Origin: a virus
Lineage: Duplodnaviria > Caudoviricetes
Strand: one strand, 5' to 3'
IMG/VR virus record: IMGVR_UViG_3300043428_000132
Span: 1-62,258 of that record
DNA length: 62,258 bases
Shown: positions 57,451 through 62,258 of the stretch, piece by piece
Numbering within the stretch: the first letter of the stretch is position 1
Layout: the number at the start of each line of letters is the position of its first letter
Position numbers and translations under genes: made by a program
The notes under the pieces: model-generated
What the model saw: the letters and a program-made list of their open reading frames with translations, nothing else
What the model was told of the DNA's origin: nothing
Databases searched by the model: none

Positions 57451-60400
57451 TCAGTAGCCTTTCACCGACCACGAAACATCACCGCTCACGCGAGTGCCGG
57501 AGGTCGAGAACAACAAAATTTTGAACGATGTGGGGTTAGGCACATCGGTGAAGTCGTACATTGCGATCACGGGGCTTGTGCCCTTTGGCGTCACCTCGAT
57601 GCTCACAACATCCACGAACGGGGTGTTGAAGTTCACCACAGTGCCACCAGCATCAGCGGCATTGCACGTGGCATTCCCGGCATCGTTGATCAGCTTCGAA
57701 TCAACCCGCAGGTTCAAACCTGAGATGCGATAAACCGATGTAGTCGATCCACCCGTGACCGTTACTCTGTACTTCACATACCGGAAGTTCGAGCCGAAGA
57801 TCGATGTGACGTTATCGAAGTCCGTCCACGTTGAGTTGTCCGGGCTAATCGAGAGCTTTGTAGTCACAGTGATGGTGCCAGATACCGTCGAACCGTTGAC
57901 CGCGAGAGAAACCTTTGATCCGGCAACCGATGCCCCCAGATCGATGATCTCTTCGTAGTATCCAGTCGTGACCGTGGGCTGAATGAACAACGGGAAGCCC
58001 GCATCCACCTGATTCTGCGGCGTTGTCCATGACCTTGAGGTGAAGTGAGCCTGATAGGTTTCAGAGGTGTTGACGGGCAGAAGCCATCCACCATCGCCCG
58101 AGGCCGCCATGTTGGATTTCGTGCCGCCAAACGCGCTGAATGAGTCGATCTTCAACACGTAATCTGGTGGCTGGTTCACCTTCGTGCTGACGCTTCCTGC
58201 GGTGCCATAGTTGCCTGCGGTATCGACCGCTGCAATCCAATAGGTGTACGTGCCGGAAACTACTTCGAACACCGAAGTGAAGATGCCGGACTTGGTGCCG
58301 ATGACAGTGCCACCGGCCCACGTTGCACCCTTGCGGATTTCATACGTCTGGGTGGGCAACGATCCAACAACATCGTTCCAGTAGAGCAGCACGTTGTTGT
58401 CCACCACCTGAGTGGTGATCGCTGGTGCCTGCGCCAGCGCGACGTTGGCCTCTACCGTGCCGATTGAGCCGAGGTTCTTGTTTGCATCGATTGCGCGAAC
58501 GCAGAAAGTGCGAGAGCCGCCCCAATTCGCCTTCGTGGAGAACGTGGTGGCCTTGATTGTTCCAATGGCTACAAGCAGCGTTCCGGTGCGAGTGAACGAT
58601 CCAGTTACCGTGAAGGTGAATGTGTTCGCGGTCTTTGCCGTGATCGTGTAGATGCCGTCTGTTGGCGTGGCTGAATCACTGCCTGTAAGGAAGTCGATCT
58701 CCACCACGCCGCCAACGGCATATCGGTGATCGTTGATCGTTACCGTGACGGATGTGCCACTCTGTGAGAACGTGCCGAAGATGCCCACACCGTAGGAATC
58801 GATCGGAAGCAGCGATACCGGGGCGCTCCATCGCAGAACAACTTGATCAGAAGAGAACGACGACTGAGGTGTCGGCGCGAGAGGGCCTGTCAATGTGTAG
58901 CTTGCCGAAGTCGCTGTCGTTGAAAGCAAGCCAATGCTGTCCACCGCCTTAACCAGCCAAGTGAGCGTGCCAAGCGCAGCAGGCGCAACTCGAAGCGTGG
59001 TCGATCGTACTCGGCCAACTGAGGTCGCCGTGTTCCATGTAGTGCCGTAGCGAACCTCGTACTCGGAGAGATCAAGGTCAGGAACTGCGGCCCAAGAAAG
59101 CAGAATTTGCCCACCATCGAGCGTCGCTGTCATCGAACCGACGGCGCTTGGCGGGGTCGTCTTGCCGATCACCAAATGCGTGGTTGTTGCGGTGTAGTCG
59201 CTCGCTGCGCCGTAGCGGCTCACGGCTCGAATGCGGAACTCGTACTGCTTGCCGGAAAGCACGGGGGACAAGTAGATCGGGCTGTCTTTTGCCGTTGATT
59301 GAACGGCCCAGCTTCGTTCCCCCACGGCCCGCCATTGTGTTTCGTAGGTTTCCACCGCAGAGAAGGAAGCGGCTGGAGAGTTCATGTCGATCGCAATGCG
59401 ATCTTGCAAGGTGCCATCGGAGAGGCGCAGCAACACGGTTTCGTTCGACCGCACGTTGGCGATTGAAGGCGTACTTGGCCGAACCTGCTCAATCGGAGTC
59501 TGCACCGAGATGAAGCTGGAAAACGCAGGGATTGAACCAGAGTCGGCGGTGTAGATGCCGCTTTGTGCGTCCACCAGCGTGAGGCGAGCCGTGAAGTCCG
59601 GGCCGTTCTCGATGCGCTTCACGATCATCGGCGCAGATTCAAGCGACGATTCGCCGAACATCACCAGATCGCCATCGCGAATCCCAGAGCCTACGTAGCC
59701 CAGCAGCGAAGTGACCGTTACCTGATCGGTGATCGTGTTGCCCGGGTTCAGAACTGAGATCACCGTAGAGGTGCCGAAGGCGTTGCGAACCCGCAGCGCA
59801 TAGTTCTTGCCTGCTTCGAACTGAACCTGATCCTCGAGAAAGATTTCAGTGATCGAGCCTACATTCAAGGTCATCGTGCGGATGCGCGTGGAGGCCAAGC
59901 CGATCGAGATCGCATCGTGCGAGAACCGAACGAGATCGCCTTGAGTGCAGCGAACCGATTCGATATCCATGTTCACCACATGCTCTTCGGGCCGCAGGCG
60001 ACCGGCTGCGATCAGGTAGCGGCCCTCACGCCATGCTTGCGATGCAGAAGTGCAACCGGGCAACTCGAGTGATTCAAACTTGCTGGCGTTTGAGGCGTTG
60101 TAGCCATCGTCGTACACGATGACCTCGTCCTCTTGGAAGTTGGCGGCTGCGTTCACGAACTGCACGCGCAGTGCGTGTGGGTAGTCCAAGAACTGCTTTG
60201 TGCCTTGATAGCCGGAAGAGTTGCGTGGAGTGATGTGCTGCACAGGCACGGTCTGTTCGACCTCGCGAACGATGGAATACTTGCCATCGCGCACCGTGAA
60301 CGTGGCTCGAGCGTGAGCGGCAATCTGCCTCAGTGCTGAGAACACAGAGCCGCCCTCGATCACCCCGTCGAAACACCAACGAGGCTCTGAGGCGTTTGGA

Positions 60401-61908
60401 GCCGTTGCCGCGCAGGCAGTAGCCCATGCGGTAATTGCCGCGAGATCGATTCGGCTGTCTGGGATGATCTGCTCGGGGCCACGGTAGCGCAGCGCATGTG
60501 CATAGGCCCATGCGGGATTGCGGCTGATCGCCCACGACCACGTGGAGCCGTTGTAGACCGGCAGGTAGCTTTCAGCCAAGCAGTTGATCGTGTTGGGCAC
60601 GCCGTTCAACTGGCCCGAGGCCTTCATGCGAATCGCGATCAGGGCAAGGCCGGTTTGCTGGATTGGGTTCGACGGCTGAATGCTGCGAAGAACCGTCCAG
60701 TAGGCCGCTTCAACGTAGCGGCTCCCACGCTCTGTTGTCGTCTTGCGAACGCGCACTTCCCACTGCGCTGTGCCACCGGGAAGAAACCGACCAGAAACAC
60801 GAACCGCAGACGTATCGGCTGCGCTCACTGTGATCAGGCCGGGGGTCTCAAAGCCCGTTTCCGCGCTCAACCATGTTGGCGAAGAAAAGTTCACCGTGCC
60901 GACTTGCCGGTACTGAACTTCAAACGTAACAGAGATGGAATCTCGGCCACCGCTGTCATTGAAGTAGGCAAGACCGGAGGGAAGCGAGAGATCAAGGATG
61001 ATCTCGTTGGTGTTGGTGTCAGTGGTGCGCGTGCTCCAGTTCGCAGCACTTTCGGTCGGCTTCTCCAAGAGCACAGAGAACTGTTGCTCAGTCACCGTTT
61101 GGGTGAACTTGGTGAGCGGCGCGTCGGTATCCCAGCCCTCGCGAACCTCGTACTCCACGCCTTCATAAGCCGTGATCGGCGTTTCGCCGATGCGGATATC
61201 AGTGATTCGTACAGGCCCCCAGCCCACTACCAGAGCGATGCGAAGGTACTCGTCGTTGCCCTGCGTCTCGGAGTAGGGGCGAGCGGCCATGAGCGGATAC
61301 ATGCGGCGCTTGCCGAACACTCGCGGGATCGTGGCATAAGGCTCGAAGCGGTTCTGCGTGCCGGTGAGTTGATACCGAGGCGAACCCATGCTGCCAAATT
61401 CTGGGCTTGTGGGCAGTTGGGGCGGGATCAGCGCGTTCAACGCCATGTTGCCAAGCATGTTCACGCCGACCGTGATCGTGGCTGCAACCACTTGACCCGT
61501 CGTGGTGAGCACCGTGGCCCCCGCTGCATTCAGCGTCGTGAAGCCCATCTCGGCTGCGTAGTATTGCCCTGTCGCAACCGCTGCAACCGCAATCGCGATC
61601 GACAACACGGTGCGGAGCATCTTGTTGCCGCCACCGCCGTGAGCCATCACGCGCACGTACACCGTGCGGCCTTCCTTGGGCTTTACCCGGCCCCAATACT
61701 CGGCAGGCACCTCGTAGTCATCGACCCACACGCGCACGTACTGCTGCACCACCAAGGGCAACTCGAGCGCCTCAAGAATCTCGCGGATGTTGCGGCCTTG
61801 AGGCGTGATGCCGGTGGAGTAGGCGCTCGAGAATGCGTGGGGCTGGCAAACGACCGGCAGGCCCCCAGAGGGAGCCTTGGTTGTGATCAGGTCGGTCGTT
61901 TGCTGCAT
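57451..61908 (-). CDS. Central tail tip / host specificity protein J-like, with N-terminal gpI-like segment and FN3 repeats
   Basis: IPRVFG, SRNPAW, GDLVRFSHD motifs; FN3-like repeats; start MQQTTDL after NlpC stop. Confidence 0.9.
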   Translation of the reverse strand: MQQTTDLITTKAPSGGLPVVCQPHAFSSAYSTGITPQGRNIREILEALELPLVVQQYVRVWVDDYEVPAEYWGRVKPKEGRTVYVRVMAHGGGGNKMLRTVLSIAIAVAAVATGQYYAAEMGFTTLNAAGATVLTTTGQVVAATITVGVNMLGNMALNALIPPQLPTSPEFGSMGSPRYQLTGTQNRFEPYATIPRVFGKRRMYPLMAARPYSETQGNDEYLRIALVVGWGPVRITDIRIGETPITAYEGVEYEVREGWDTDAPLTKFTQTVTEQQFSVLLEKPTESAANWSTRTTDTNTNEIILDLSLPSGLAYFNDSGGRDSISVTFEVQYRQVGTVNFSSPTWLSAETGFETPGLITVSAADTSAVRVSGRFLPGGTAQWEVRVRKTTTERGSRYVEAAYWTVLRSIQPSNPIQQTGLALIAIRMKASGQLNGVPNTINCLAESYLPVYNGSTWSWAISRNPAWAYAHALRYRGPEQIIPDSRIDLAAITAWATACAATAPNASEPRWCFDGVIEGGSVFSALRQIAAHARATFTVRDGKYSIVREVEQTVPVQHITPRNSSGYQGTKQFLDYPHALRVQFVNAAANFQEDEVIVYDDGYNASNASKFESLELPGCTSASQAWREGRYLIAAGRLRPEEHVVNMDIESVRCTQGDLVRFSHDAISIGLASTRIRTMTLNVGSITEIFLEDQVQFEAGKNYALRVRNAFGTSTVISVLNPGNTITDQVTVTSLLGYVGSGIRDGDLVMFGESSLESAPMIVKRIENGPDFTARLTLVDAQSGIYTADSGSIPAFSSFISVQTPIEQVRPSTPSIANVRSNETVLLRLSDGTLQDRIAIDMNSPAASFSAVETYETQWRAVGERSWAVQSTAKDSPIYLSPVLSGKQYEFRIRAVSRYGAASDYTATTTHLVIGKTTPPSAVGSMTATLDGGQILLSWAAVPDLDLSEYEVRYGTTWNTATSVGRVRSTTLRVAPAALGTLTWLVKAVDSIGLLSTTATSASYTLTGPLAPTPQSSFSSDQVVLRWSAPVSLLPIDSYGVGIFGTFSQSGTSVTVTINDHRYAVGGVVEIDFLTGSDSATPTDGIYTITAKTANTFTFTVTGSFTRTGTLLVAIGTIKATTFSTKANWGGSRTFCVRAIDANKNLGSIGTVEANVALAQAPAITTQVVDNNVLLYWNDVVGSLPTQTYEIRKGATWAGGTVIGTKSGIFTSVFEVVSGTYTYWIAAVDTAGNYGTAGSVSTKVNQPPDYVLKIDSFSAFGGTKSNMAASGDGGWLLPVNTSETYQAHFTSRSWTTPQNQVDAGFPLFIQPTVTTGYYEEIIDLGASVAGSKVSLAVNGSTVSGTITVTTKLSISPDNSTWTDFDNVTSIFGSNFRYVKYRVTVTGGSTTSVYRISGLNLRVDSKLINDAGNATCNAADAGGTVVNFNTPFVDVVSIEVTPKGTSPVIAMYDFTDVPNPTSFKILLFSTSGTRVSGDVSWSVKGY

Positions 61909-61909
61909 G

Positions 61910-62131
61910 TCAGGCCAAGTATCGGTAGAAGCCAAGAACCCGCTTTTCCCACTCGGGCCTGCGGTACTGCTCGAGGCAGGCATCGGCACCTTCGTGGGCG
62001 TGAATCATCACGCCGGGTTCCACCACCATGCCCACGTGAAGTGGGTGGCCTCTCATTCTAATGAGTACCCCGTCGCCGAGGCGCTCGGTGCCCGGCTCGA
62101 TAGGCTCGAACATCGAGGCATAGGTCGCGGC
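61910..62131 (-). CDS. NlpC/P60 tail-tip peptidase, 3' part (joins 1-186)
   Basis: GD.VL......HVG......MIH motif. Confidence 0.88.
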   Translation of the reverse strand, partial: AATYASMFEPIEPGTERLGDGVLIRMRGHPLHVGMVVEPGVMIHAHEGADACLEQYRRPEWEKRVLGFYRYLA

Positions 62132-62258
62132 ACCGGGGCCTACTTCATCGGCCTTGCCGCCGTGCTGCCAGCGCTTGCCGCTGTACTCGGGCAACGGAGT
62201 GCCCAACTGCTCTTCGTAGATCAGGGCCAGAAGGCCCCAGCAATCGCACCCGTCCCTG
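62132..62258. repeat. Terminal overlap identical to 1-127
   Basis: Exact repeat of the window start. Confidence 0.95.

Noticed and set aside
61908-61989. Upstream start of gpJ given by the ORF track (similar over-extended starts at 7110, 11012, 29755, 44853)
   Set aside because: Extensions overlap neighbouring genes; downstream starts with RBS or stop-start coupling fit better

Overview
This looks like a complete, circularly assembled temperate tailed phage genome with a long non-contractile tail. It is GC-rich and probably infects a Proteobacterium (host is inference). Bases 1-127 equal 62132-62258, so the unit genome is 62,131 bp. The minus strand carries terminase, portal, fibres, an expanded lysis/envelope cluster, MuF, protease, scaffold, capsid, tail and replication genes. 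The plus strand carries four interspersed early cassettes plus repressor, recombination genes, xis/int and a tRNA-Ser(TGA) flanked by arm-type repeats (attP). The most striking observations are: (1) a candidate minus-strand small RNA at about 37040-37200 whose hairpin loop is the exact 12-nt antisense of an extended ribosome-binding site (GGAGAAAACGCA) found before the first gene of each early cassette; (2) a 1391-aa head-region protein combining Nudix, kinase-like and ADP-ribosyltransferase domains, followed by a possible immunity gene; (3) about 12 dispersed TATCAC-N4-GTGATA operator-like palindromes alongside an apparently non-cleavable repressor; (4) a c4-like antisense RNA plus leader peptide upstream of the replication operon. 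All protein calls come from motif recognition and synteny only; no database searches were run.
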